NCBI RefSeq assembly: GCF_963921235.1 | Contig: NC_086108.1 | Span: 8,618,001 to 8,682,000 of the forward strand | Length of the DNA stretch: 64,000 nucleotides | Direction: 5' to 3' | Source: Mobula hypostoma | Taxonomy: Eukaryota | In this document: positions 48,946 to 62,236 of the stretch, piece by piece | How the letters are laid out: each line of letters begins with the position of its first letter | Numbering within the stretch: position 1 is the stretch's first letter | Notes under the pieces: generated by a model | The model's database searches: none | The model's input: the letters and a program-made list of their open reading frames with translations, nothing else | Told to the model about the DNA's origin: nothing | Made by a program: the position numbers and the translations under genes

Positions 48946-51900
48946 TAATAAAGGATCTTCACAAAGGAGCAACACCATCAAACCACCAGCCTGTCAACAA
49001 CATGGAAGCTCCTATCAGGCATCATAGCCACCAAGCTGAAGGAACATGTGTGTAAATTCCTGAGCCCTGCTCGGAGAGGGATGGGTAATGGATCTAGAGG
49101 CTCCGAACACCAACTACTGGTAGACAAAGTAGTCATGCAAGACTCCAAGACCAGGCAAAACAACCTAAGCACAGCTTGGATCAACAACCAGAAAACATAC
49201 GACCCAATGTTCCACCCATGGATCCTGGAATACCTGTCTCTGTACAAGGTCAACAAGGCCCTAAGGACCTTCATCAAGAACTCAGTGGGCCGTTGGAGGA
49301 CAATGCTAGAAGTTAACTCAAAGCCATAACTCAAGTGACCATCAGATGTGGAATATACCAGGGTGATGCACTATCCCCACTGCTGTACTGCATAGGTTTG
49401 ATGCAACCAGATCACCTCAGAGAGTGGATATGGGTACAGGTTGAAAAGAGGAGTGACCATGGATGACATCAAGCTGTATGTCAGGAATGAAAGAGGCATT
49501 GACTCACTAATCCACCTGTCAAGAGTGTACAGTAGAGACATCGGGATGTCATTGGGACTGGAAAAGTGAAGCCAGGTGGTATTGAAAAGAGGCAAACTCA
49601 TCAAGAGTGAAGGATTCGAGTTACCTGAAGGCCACATACCAGGTGTACAGGACAGTTACAAATACCTGGGGATCCTGCAGCCCATGGAAGCCACAACGAG
49701 GACACAAGGAAGGCTACAACATCCAAGTAACTCCAAAGAGTGAGACGGGTCCTAAAAAGCCAGCTGAGTTGTCAACACATTTGCCCTACCGGTCGTCAGA
49801 TACCCAGTCACAATCGTGTGCTGGCCAAGGAACAAACTGGAAGCTGATGACATCAGGACCCGGAAACTAGGATTCCATCCAAAGTCCAACGTCAAGCAAA
49901 TGTACACCTGCCGGAATAAAGGTGGAAGGGGACTTGGAAGTGCCAAGGCCACAGTCCTGGAAGAGATGTGAAACATCCGTGAGTGTGTCAGGAAGATGGC
50001 CGTCATGGACAAACTGCAAGGAGAATACCTCAGGCAGCAGGCAGAGGATATGGAAATGGGAGTGGGTGAAGTAGAGCCAGAGGACCAGAGGCCACAGCAG
50101 GACAAGCCACAGCAGGGGATGTCCCATCTCCAGGTATCTGAGGCGGCTGACATCAGAACGTCCTACCGATAGCTGGAAAGGGCAGGGCTGAGGGAGAGCA
50201 CAGAGGCGCTACTCATGGCTGCACAACAGTTGCTGAGTACAAGAGCAATAGGAGCAGGGGTCTATCACACCAGACAAGACCCAAGATGCAGACCGTGCAA
50301 GGAATCCACTCAAACCATCCAGCACGTGGTAGCAGGATGCAAGATGCAGACAGGGGCAGGAACACTGAACAGCACAAGCAAGTTGCAGGAATCGTGTACA
50401 GGAACATCTACGCTGAGTATGGATTTGATATTCCCAAGTCCAAATGGGAAACACCCGAGAAGGTATTGGAGAATGACAGAGCCAAGATCCTGTGGGGCTT
50501 CCAAATACAGACCCATAAGCAGGTACTGGCCAACCAACCAGACATAGTCTTACTGGACAAGGAACAGAAGAAAGTAATAGTAATACAAATGTGGCAATCC
50601 TGAGTGACAAAACATCAGGAAGAAAGAATATGAGAAGCTGGAGAAATACCGGGGTTTGAAAGAGCAGATAGAAAAGATGTGGAAGGTTAAGGCCAGAGTA
50701 ATCCCGGTGGTGAGAGGAGCACCTGGAGCTGTGACACCTGGAATGGGAGAGTGGCTCCAACAAATCCCGGGAACAACATCCGAGATCCCAGTCTACTAGG
50801 AACAACAAGGATATTGTGCTGAACCTTCAACCTCCAAGGCCTCTGGTAGAGGACCTGCAATTGAGGAAAAAATATACATACACCCCACCCACCCGTAAAG
50901 GGGTGAGGAAAAAAAATATATATAGTTAAATTAAATAAGCAGTGCAAAAAGAGAAATAAAAAGTAGGTAGTGTTCACGGGTTCAATGTCCGTTCAGAAAT
51001 CTGACGGCAGAGGGGAAGAAGCTGTTCCTGAATCATTGAGTGTGTGTCTTCAGGCTCCTGTACCTCCTCCCTGAATGTAGCAATGATCTGGGTGATGGAG
51101 GTCCATAATGATCAACGTCACCTTTATGAAGCATTGCTCCTTGAAGGTGTCCTGGATGCTGGGGAGACTAGTACCCATGATGGAGCTGACTGAGTTTACA
51201 ACTTTCTGCGGCTGGTTTTGATCCAGTGCAGTAGCGTTCCGCCCACAAATACCAGAGCCAGTTAGAATGAGCTCCACGGCACATCTGTAAAAATTTGTAA
51301 GTATCATACCAAATATCATATAACCATATAACAACTACAGCACGGAAACAGGCCCATCTCGGCCCTTCTAGTCCATGCCGAATGCTTATAAACTCCTAAT
51401 AAAATATAGTTGCTGTCACGCCTTATTTGTAGCTGAGTCGATATGTTGGGTCCAGGATTGATCCTCAGTGACGCTGACGCTTGAAATTGCTCACCCTTTC
51501 CACTTTCGATCCCTCGATGAGGATTGGTGGGTGTTCCCTCATTTTACCCTTTCTGAAGAGCACAATCAATTCTTTGGTCTTACTGGCACTGGGTGCACGA
51601 TTGTTGCTGCTTCACCTCTCAACCAGCTGATCTAACTTGCTCCTGTACTGACATTTTCAACTATGAATGGTACAGCATTAGAAAACTCTTAAATAGGCAA
51701 ATGGGTGATGGAAAAATGGAGGGCTATGGAAGAGAGAGTGGTTAAATTGATCTCAGAGTAGGTTAAAATATCAACACAACATTGTGGGCCGAAGGACCTG
51801 TACCTTTCTGTAATGCTCTGTGATCCAGCTCCACTATAACCCATTCACATCATTTCTCACCACAGTTTCCTCCTTTGACTTCTCTACTTCCAAAATAGGA

Positions 51901-52184
51901 TATCCCCCTAGAAAATGTACGATCACTCACACCCCATACTGTGAGTATGATTTGTCTTGTTCGGAAGCGTGTGGTTACTCAGTTATTCTGGTAGTTCAGC
52001 ACCTCCCAAAGCTGTGGCATCATGGCAGGTGCAGGGGAAACGGCCTCCTCTCATAGACCTGGCACATATTGAGTTGGAAAACGTCGCCGGGCCTTTGCTG
52101 TCGCTGCGCCTCCAAATCCTGGGACTCCAATTGCCCTGTGGGTTCCCCTTATTGAACAACAAACACTCATGTGTACACACACAC

Positions 52185-52665
52185 ACACACACACACACAC
52201 AACAAAACCTGGAGGAACTCAGCAGGTCAGGCAGCATCTATAGAGGGGAAATGAACGGTCAATGTTTTGAGCAGAGACTCTTCATCGGGGCTGAAAGGAA
52301 TGGGGAAGGAGCCAGAACAAGAAGGTGGGGGATGGGGTGGGGAAGAAAGACACGCTGCCAGGCGATAAGTGAGATCAGGGGAGGGGGAAGGTGGCTGGGC
52401 GAAGTAAGAAGCTGGGAGATGAAAGGTGGAAGAGGTGAGGGGCTGAAGAAGAAGGAATCTGATAGGAGAGGAGAGTGGGCCATAGGAGAAAGGGAAGCAG
52501 GAGGGGAACCAGAGGGAAGTGATGGGCAGGTGAGGGGAAGAGAAGGGGTGAAAGGGGAATCAAAATGGGGAATGGAAAAAGAGAGAAGAAGGGGCTGAGG
52601 AGAGATTACCATAAACTGAAAGCTACCCAGATGGAATATGAGGTGGTGCTCCTCCAACCTGACAT
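52185..52665 (-). mobile_element. Degenerate Penelope-like 3' fragment next to a (CA)n microsatellite
   Basis: Minus ORF VRLEEHHLIFHLGS; decayed hammerhead at ~52256-52293. Confidence 0.65.
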
Positions 52666-54621
52666 TGAAATTGTTGGCCTTTGTCAGAATGGGAAGGCTG
52701 CTGACTGCCACCTCCTCAAGGGGTCTCCGGGATGGGTGAGAAATATCAACTTTTGTCAGCAGCCTCGTCCTCCTGAAATGAGGAAGTTGGTGGCTCTGGG
52801 CCTGCACTCGCTGGAGTTCAGAGGAACGAGGGGGTGATCTCACTGAAACCTCTCGAATGCTGAAAGGTCTAGATAGGGTGGATCTTCTGGTTTAAGATGG
52901 CGCTGGTGAAGCCTATCAGTGGCAAACAAAACAAAAAAACAACAAAATACTTTATTAATAACAGTAACAATGGAGAGGTGAGGCAGAGTCGAGGCAAGCG
53001 GGAGCAGTGGTGCCAGCAACAGCTGATGTTGTTTCCATTTAAGCGCCAGCCTGAATTGAAAAGGTCGGGTGCAGACCAAATCATGGCATCAGGGTCCAGG
53101 CCCCAGAGCAAATCGAGAGCGAGGAATGACCCGATGTTTCAATGATTTAGGCACCGGGACGAATTAAAAAGGTCAGGATGATGGGGTGGGAAGCAAGGCG
53201 AGGGACAGGTCAGTTCAGCTCGCCGCTCGGTGACATTTACTCTGCTCTGTGCTGAACTGAGGCTGTGCTCTGCTCTACCTGCAGTGACGCCTGGCTTCAT
53301 GTCTCTTGTAAAACTCCAGTTCTGAAGCTGTTGGCTTAATTTATTGTTTGTGTGATTTGTTTTTTCTCTCTCTCTCTCTCTCTGCACGTTGGGTGTTTCA
53401 TGGTCTTCTTTGTTTATGGGTTCTTTTGAGTTTCTTTGGTTTGAGGCTGCCTGTAAGGAGACAAGTCTGAAAGTTGTATAACGTATACATACTTTGATAA
53501 TAAATGTACTTTGAACTTTGAACTTTAGAGTAGACATAGAGAGGGTGTTTCCAATAGTAGGTGAGTTTAACACCACAGCGCCAGAACAAAATGACGTCCC
53601 TTTAGAACAGAGATGAGGAGGAAATCTCTTCCAGATGGTGGTGAATCTGTGGAATTCATTGCCACAGATGTCATTGGGTATACTTAAAGGGAAGTGAGAA
53701 GACAGAAGAATGGGGTTGAGCGGGATAATAAATCAGCCATGATGGAATGGCAGAGCAGACACGAGGTGACAAATAGCCTGATCCTGTTCTGTGTCTTATG
53801 GTCTTAATACCTTTATTCTTGTCCTCTAATTCTTGATCCCACAATCAATTGGAAGTTTTTCTTTATCTATTGCACCTTTCATAATCATCATTCTGCGCCG
53901 TGCCGTATGACGTAGGCGATTATGATTGGCCTTGGCAAATTTTTCTACAGAAGTGGTTTGCCATCGCCTTCTTCCGGGCAGTGTCTTTACAAGATCGGCG
54001 ACCACCAGCCATTATCAATAATCTTCAGAGACTGTCTGCCTGGTGTCAGTGGTTACATAACCAGGACTTGTGATCTGCACCAGCTGCTCATACGATCATC
54101 CACCACCTGCTCCCAAGGCTTTACGTGAAGTGCAGGGAAGGAGCGCCCTACACCTCCTTTGTAGAGACATCTTCACCCCGATAACCCCAGTATCTCCACA
54201 CCAAGATAAAACAATACTGTACCAATAGTGACAGCAAGGTGATTGGTACCATACCAGAGTGGCACCTTATAGTCCACCTGCACTGCACTTTCTCTGTAGC
54301 TGTTACCCTATCCTGCATTCTGTCATTGGTTCTGTGTAATGATCTGATCTGTGCAGCAGTTTGCAAGACGAGCTCTTCACTGCATCTCAGTACAGGTGAC
54401 AATAATAAACCAATTCCAATACCTCGGAAAGTGTGGGAATTTCTCTCTACTGCACTGCAAATGTTAGCCTAGATTGTTATATCTGAGTCTCTGGAGTAGG
54501 ACTTAAGTCCATGAGGCCAAAAGCAACTGGCCCAGACGGTGTACCTGGCCAAACTCTAAAGTTCCTGACACTATCCAGGCCATGCTCTCTTCTCGCTGCT
54601 GCCACTGGGAAGGAGGAGCAA

Positions 54622-55089
54622 GAGCCTTGGGTTCCACACCACCAGGTTCAGGAACAGTTATTACCCGACAACCATCAGGCTCCTGAACCAGTGTGGGTAA
54701 CTTCACTCACCACAATGAGCCTCAGGTCCCACACCACCAGGTTCAGGAACAGTTATTACCCCACAACCATCAGGCTCCTGAACCAGTGTGGATAACTTCA
54801 CTCATCACAATGAGCCTCAGGTCCCACACCACCAGGTTCAGGAACAGTTATTACCCCACAACCATCAGGCTCCTGAACCAGTGTGGATAACTTCACTCCC
54901 CACAATGAGCCTCAGGTCCCACACCACCAGGTTCAGGAACAGTTATTACCCCACAACCATCAGACTCCTGAACTAGAGGGAATAACTTCACTCACCACAA
55001 TGAGCCTCAGGTCCCACACCACCAGGTTCAGGAACAGTCATATCCCCACAACCATCAAGTTCCTGATGTGGGTAACTTCACTCACCACA
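54622..55089 (+). repeat. ~5 copies of the 95-bp LINE-tail-derived unit
   Basis: Repeated gagcctcaggtcccacaccaccaggttcaggaacagttattaccccacaaccatcagg... Confidence 0.9.
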
Positions 55090-58000
55090 GCTCTGAATTG
55101 ATTCCATAACCGACAGATGCACTTTCACATTCTCAAGGCGAGCGTTAAATCGAGGGGGACGGCTGGGTGTCGCAGCCTCAGAGGTCAGTGCTGTATCTCA
55201 ATAAATAAATGGAATCCTGGTGGTTTCAGGATCAGATCCAAGGTCACTGGTTAGAATGAGGAAGTTGAGGGAGAGTCCAGAGGAGACTGTTGATTCAAAG
55301 TGTCTCAGTATCCCTTCCTAAACCACTCAGGAAATAGTCTGTGATTCAGAGTAACAATAAAGCCAGTTTATTAAACGAAAGAAAGGCTCACGGTAAATAC
55401 AATGTTCTCTTCTGCAGTTTTCTCCCACCCAGACTCGATCTGCCCAGTTCTTCAGAGAAACATTTACATCACCACATAAGCACAAGAGTCAGGTTTAATA
55501 TCACATGCATATGTCGTGAAATCCGTTGTTTTATGGAAGCAGTACATTGCAAGACATAATAATAAAAACTGTAAATTACAGTAAGAAGTGTATATATATT
55601 ATATATATATAAAGCAGTGAGGTGTGTTCATGGGTTCAATGTCCATTCAGAAATCGGATGACAGAGGGGAAGAAGCTGTTCCTGAATCGTTGAGTGTGTG
55701 TCTTCAGGCTCCCGTACCTCCTCCCCGATGGTAGCAATGAGAAGAGGGCGTGTCCTTAATGGTGGATGAAGCCTTTTTGAGGCATCACCTTTTGAAGATG
55801 TCCTGGATGCTGGAGAGGCTCGTGCCCATGACAGAACTGACCGAGTTTACAACCCTCTGCAGCTTTTTAACCAATCCTGTGCAGTAGCCCCCTCCACCAC
55901 CACCCCACCCCCATACCAGACGGTGATGCAGCCGGTCAGAATACTCTGCACAGTACAGACATCTGTAGACATCTGCTAGAGTCTTTGGTGACGTACCAAA
56001 TGGACTGAACTCTGCGCGTTAAGGATAAGTGAACTGCGTAGTTCTCTGTGTCAGCTTTGTGTGTGATGGCTTGGAGGGGGATTTTCTCAGCCCAACATCT
56101 CGCCTGAATTCTGTGGAATGCCACTGCAACTGAGAACTTTAAATCAACACTGGGATTCACACACAAGTGTTCCACGTGACCTCCTAACAACTCAGGGAAA
56201 TCCTGGCGTGGGAACTTGCTCTGCTAGTTGAGATTCAAAGAATGATTAAGGAGGAAAACATGCCTCTTAGTACAATCTCTTCCTGCTGTTTCCTCTGGTC
56301 ACATCTGCTCCAGAGTGGGCAGAATGTGACAGGGGGGGGTGAAGGGGGTTTCCTGCACTCCAGACTTGTTTTGGCCCCATGGTAACAGTGTGAAGTCAAA
56401 TCCACTTGGGAGTTTTGGCAGAGGCTCGAGGACGATGGATTTGACGGGATAAGTCCGTGAATCTCGTTACCCCTCCCTGCAAGTGATATTTGTGATTAAA
56501 ACTTTCAAATGTACACTATAAGCATCCAAAGGGAAACAATTCCTACTAGGTTAGGAGTACCAGGCAGAGAATGTGTGGTAAGTCATCAGAGGAAATTAAT
56601 AATAGATTTTTGCTCTGAAAAGATTAAACTGCAAATTATTAGTCTCTTCAAACTCAAGGTCAAGTGCGTTGACCACAAGTACACACATAAGTGAGACAGG
56701 CATCTCACTGAGGACTGTGAGGCTATGGGCTTACACAGCAACGCACACTAAATACTGGAGGAACTCAGCAGGTCAGGCAGCTCATTCCACACTCTCACCA
56801 CCCTCTGAGTGAAGAAGATTCTTCCTCAGGTTACCCTAAAATAGTTCACCTTTCACCCTTAACCCATGATCTCTAATTCTCGTCTCGGTGGAAGAACCCT
56901 ACCTCTAACCCACATAACTTTGTATACCTCTATCAAATCTTTCTTCATTCTGTTCAACCTTTCCCTATAACTCAGAACCACAAGACCCAGAAGCGTTCTT
57001 CTTTGGAACGCTCTTGCCCCAGAGGGCTACACTGCTCGAGCCATTCCGAGCCTTCCGGTCCTCCGGGGATCGTGGGAATGAGCACAACGACTGGACAAGG
57101 CACTTGACCTGATGTGATCAAAACTGAAGAGCCCAACTGTTTGGAAGAATGAGGAATGAAATCTATCAAACATTGAAAGGCCTAGGTAGAGTGGATGTGG
57201 AGAGAGTGTTTCCTGTAGTGGGGGAGTCGAGGACCAGAGGGCACAGCCTCAAAAGAGAGGGGCGTCCATTTAGAACAGAGATGAGGAGGAATTTCTTTAG
57301 GCTGCGGGTGGAGAATCTGTGGAATTCTTTGCCGCAGACCACTGTGGAGGCCAGGTCATTGGGTGTAATTCAAAGCGGAGTGTTGAAGGTTAAGGGGAGA
57401 CGGCAGGAGAATGGGGTTGAGGGGGACAATAAACGAGAGGTGGCCCAGTGGTGTAGTGGTTAGAACAACGCTTTACAGTACCTGCGATCCGGGTTCATTT
57501 CCAGCCACTGCCTGTAAGGAGTTTATACGTCCTCTTCGGGACCGCATGGGGTGCCCACGGTCCGAAGCGGACCAGTTGGTGGGTTAATTGTTCGTTGTAA
57601 ATTGTCCCGTGATTAGGCTAGGATTAGACTGGGGAATTGCTGGGCAGCTTGGCTCAAAGGGCTGGAAGGGCCTGTTCTGTTCTGTATCTCAATAAACAAA
57701 AAAAATCAAAAAAATCAGCCTTGATGGAATGGCAGACTCGACGGGTCGAACGGCCTAATTCTGCTCCCATTCCTTAAAGTCTTGTGGAGAAACAGCTCCA
57801 TGTCCTCGCACCATTAAAACCTCCTGCTTTATATGATGCACCGCCATCTGTCACAGGATGAGAGCTGGGACATTTCAACGGTTCGATCCCAAATCACGGC
57901 CTCCGCTAGATTAATAATTCATCTCCTTCATCTGGCGCCTTTTGTCTTTAGGGCCTCCTTATCTGTGATCACAAGGGAGCCCGCATCCTGGCAGCTCAAA

Positions 58001-58169
58001 TATCATCATACCGTCGATGGGAAAACACAGATAACTCCACAGCGACTTAGAAATCCACTCTCCTTCCTCGTCAGATTTACCTCACTCTGTGGGATTTTAA
58101 AGGTCTATACTTATGACCAATTTGCCTGCTACCTAAAGCGATTGAGAATCAAGTTTACTATCACTGGCA

Positions 58170-58640
58170 TACACTCCATGGTCACTTTATTATTGTACAG
58201 GAGCGGAACCTTGTGTGGTCTTCTGCTGCTGTAGCCCGTCCACTTCAAGGTTCAACATGTTGTGCATTCAGAGATGCTCTTCTGCACACCACTGTTGTAA
58301 CATGATTATTTCAATTACTGTCACCTTCCTGTCAGCTGGAACCGGTCTGACCTTTCTCCCTTGACCTCTCTCATTAACAAGGTGTTTTCAACCACAGAAC
58401 TACTCCTCACTGGATGTTTTTTTGTTTCTCGCTCCATTCTGTGTTGACTCTAGAGACTTCTGCATGTGAATATCCCAGGAGCTCAGCAGTCTCTGAGATA
58501 CTCAAACCACCCCATCTGGCACCAACAGTCAAGGTCACTTAAGTGACACTTCCTCCCCTGTCTGACATCTGGTTTTGAATAGCAACTGAACCTCTTGACC
58601 ATGTCCACGTGCTTTCATGCCACATGATTGGCTGATTAAG
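58170..58640. mobile_element. Tc1/mariner-like non-autonomous remnant; oppositely oriented piece at ~59140-59800 split by a ~530-bp insertion
   Basis: cagagatgctcttctgcacaccactgttgtaa has its reverse complement at 59140-59170; TIR-like cagtggccactctattacgtac at 59773; atgggct/atgggtt flanks 59207-59736. Confidence 0.5.
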
Positions 58641-61600
58641 TTAAAAGTTGAAAGATTAGATATCAGAATCAGATTTAATATCACTGACATGTGTCATGAA
58701 ATTTGTTGTCTTGTGGCAGCAGTACATTGCAGTACATAATAATGTTAAAAAACTATAAATTACAATAGGAAGAATATATTTTAAAATTAAATTAATTAAG
58801 TAGTGCAAAAAGAGAGGAAAAAAATTAGTGGGGTAGTGTTCATGGATTCAATGTCCATTCAGAAATCAGATGGCAGAGGGGAAGAAGCTGTTCCTGACTT
58901 GTTGAGTGTGTGATTTCAGGCTCCTGTACCTCGTTGTTGATGAGAAGAGGGCATGTTCTGGGTGATGGGGGTCCCTAATGATGGGTGCCTCCTTTTCGAG
59001 GCATTGCCTTTTGAATTCTGTCTTCGGTGCTGGGGAGGCTGGTGCCCATGATGGATCTGACTGAGATTACAGCTCTCTGCAGCTTACTTCGATCCCAAGC
59101 AGTAGCCCCCACCCCCCATACCAGACCGTGATGCAACTTTACAACAGCGGCGTGCAGAACAGCATCTCTGAACATGCAGCGCATTGAACCGCGAAGCAGA
59201 TGGGCTGTGGTGGTCGCCCATCAAATCCGACGATGACGGGGAGCCTGTGCAGGAGAGTTTTTAAAGTGGAAAAGCTGTTACACTGGCACAGTTACACTCT
59301 CTCGACCTCAGGGGTCAGGGTCCAGTGGTACAACAAGCGTCACAAACTGGGGTCTTCCCTGGTTGCAGTGGATGACCATGATGTGTCTTGTCATACCCTT
59401 CGCTCTCCACGGAGAATTGCAGTACCACCTCCCTGGCCGTTGGTCCTCACTGTAGATCTCATCCACCCAGTCCACTTGAGCTGTCTTCACATGCGAGGAC
59501 AGGCACATCCCTATTCCATCGGGGTATGAGTTCCGCCGGCTACCCTCACCTGCTTTAGCCCGTCTGTTGAAGGGGTGTACCAGGTGCAGCTGCTGTCGCA
59601 TGCAAACAGCTACTTGGAGCCACAGGTGAGAGCAGAGTGTGCGGTGGGGACCACAAGTGAGTGAGCTGCCCCAGATTGGACAGGGTAAGCCCCTTCACCA
59701 GAGGTGCTATCCATCCCCGGACACCCCATACACCTTATGGGTTACAGCACCAGAAGGCCAAGAACTTACCTTCAGTGGCCACTCTATTACGTACCTCCTA
59801 GTGAGGGTATATAACAACTCTGACATTGCAAATGTCTCTGCTGCTTTGCAGAAGTGTTACCAGACTTGAGGGGAACAGGTAAGGGGAAGGAAATAAAAGG
59901 CCACAGTGTGTATTTGCCTGCTTTCTGTTCGGTATATTTTTCAGTATTTAATGGGTGTATCTGTATATAGAAACATACAAAACCTACAGCACAATACAGG
60001 CCCTTCGGCCCACAAAGCTGTGCCGAACATGTCCTTACCTTAGAACTACCCAGGCTTACCCATAGCCCTCTATTTTTCTAAGCTCCATGTATCCATCCAG
60101 GAGTCTCTTAAAAGACCCTATCGTTTCCGCCTCCACCACCGTCGCCGGCAGCCCATTCCACCGGCAGCCCATTCCACGCACTCACCACTCTCTGCGTAAA
60201 AAACTTACCCCTGACGTCTCCTCTGTACCTGCTTCCAAGCACCTTAAAACTGTGCCCTCCCGTGCTAGACATTTCAGCCCTGGGAAAAAGCCTCTGACTA
60301 TCCACACGATCAATGCCTCTCATTATCTTGTACAACTATATGCTAATTGTTATATTTGCAAGTTGAGAAAATATCATTTTGTTTGTTAGAGTTAGTTCAG
60401 ATTTAGCCCAGGCCATGCTCTTTTCTCTCTGTTCCCATCAGCTAAAAGGTACAGGAGCCTCAGGACTCACACCGCCAGGTTCAAGAACAGTTACTACTCC
60501 ATAACCATCAGGCTCTTGAACAAAAGCTTTCACTCAACTTCCCATCCACTGAGATGTTCCCGCAACCAATGTTCCCACTTTAAGGACTATTTATCTCATT
60601 ATCTCATGTTCTCATTATTTATTGCTGTTTACTTATATTTCCACTTGCAGAGTTTGTTGCCTTCTGCACTCTGGTTGGTCTTCCATTGATCCTGTTATAG
60701 TCACTATTGCATAGATTTGCTGAGTATGCCCGCAGGAAAATGAATCTCACGCTTGTATGTGTGTACTCTGCTAACAAATTTTACTTTGAACTTTGAACTT
60801 TGAGATTTGGAGTTGTGTATTTATCACATACGTCTAAACACACGGCGTAATGTGACATTTGCTTCAATGACCAACACAGCCTCAGGATGTGCCTGGGGCA
60901 GACCGCGAGTGCCGACACACGTTCAAAGTTGTTCAAAGTGAATTTGTTATCAACGTACACGTATGACACCGTACACAACCCTGAGAGTCGTTTTCCTGCA
61001 GGCAAACTTAGCAAATCTATAAAACAGCAACTATAACAGGATCAGTGAAAGTTAACCAGAGGGCAGAAGACAGCAAACTGCGCAAATGCAAATGTAAATA
61101 AACAGCAATAAATAATGAGAACATGAGATAATGAGATTAAAAGTCCTTAAAATTAGATCGTCTGCAGAATCTCTTGTGTTTACATTCCAGCTGGTCCTCC
61201 TCCTCCCCTCACCACCCCAGCCCCAACAACTTTTTTTATTCTGGCTTCTTCCCCCTTCCTTTCCAGTCCTGGTGAAGGGTCTCACAACAAAATGTTGACT
61301 GTTTATTCCTCTGCATAGGCGCTGAGTTCCTCCAGCATTTTGTGTGCGTTGCTCTGGGTTCCCAGCACCTGCAGAATCTTGCGTGTTAATGACCTGTTCT
61401 GCATTTTTAGGGTTGTAAGTCACAGATGCTTTAATTTCCCATCCCAGGAGGATGTAACACTCCTCAAACCACACAAGCCACTTCTGCCGAGACTCACATT
61501 GTGAGTATTTCAGATCACTGATTCTCACTCAGTCCCACTGGCTTCAGCTCCTCTTGACCGGTCAGTGGCTCTGTGAATCACGTCAGTGCCTTTCCCTTCC

Positions 61601-62236
61601 GTGACCTCTTCGAGATCCAGCATTCAACATTGTCTCTGATAGGACACACACCCGACCGCGGCAGCCTCCGGGGTTGAGATGCTGTGACTCTCTGGAATAT
61701 GGCTAGCTCGTGTGCCCCTTTAAAGATTCAGGCCCGCCCTGTTAATTGGCGGCCATCTTTTGGAGCCAGGATTTTAATATTTAAAGAGCACCTGAACTGG
61801 GCTCAATCATCAGCTCTACCCTTGGATTCTCATCTAGCATCTAGTTGAGAACCCTGTCCTCGTTTCAGTGTCGTATTGTGTCTTGATTCTAGTCTCAGAT
61901 ACGCCAGCTCTCGAGTCCTAACCAGCCTCGTCGAAGTCTCTCAGCACAATAAATATAAATACATATTGTGTATATATATATAATTGATTGATTGTACGTT
62001 CATAAAGTGACGCCGGGCAAAGGAGTGTCTGTACATAAGGTGACTGACAGGAACTGATAAAGTAGTGGTGGTTGGGGGTGTGGAGGGATGGGTTAGTGGG
62101 TGGAGGTGTTGATCAGCCTTACTGCTTGAGGAATGTAACTGTTCTTCAGTCTGGTCGTCCTAGAAAGCTATCCCGGAAATCCCCACCACCCAGGACACGC
62201 TCTCTTCTCACTGCTGCCATCGGGCAGGGGGTACAG

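Larger units (their letters stand above)
44206..50915 (+). mobile_element. R4/Dong-clade (Rex6-like) non-LTR retrotransposon, degenerate, interrupted by a SINE and a CR1
   Basis: EHQLLVD, LSTAWI, GIYQGDALSPLL, MDDIKLY, YKYLG; CCHC knuckle CRPCKESTQTIQHVVAGC; REL nuclease NQPDIVLLDK...KLEKY. Confidence 0.8.

Noticed and set aside
55360..57111. Possible minus-strand exons (acceptor-like sites at 57109-57111 and 56477-56479, AATAAA near 55367) of a convergent gene
   Set aside because: Donors are weak and the peptides are unrecognisable; cannot be supported without RNA-seq
61491..61640. Minus-strand segment with good acceptor and gtgagt donor
   Set aside because: Stops in all three frames; at most a non-coding exon, with no evidence
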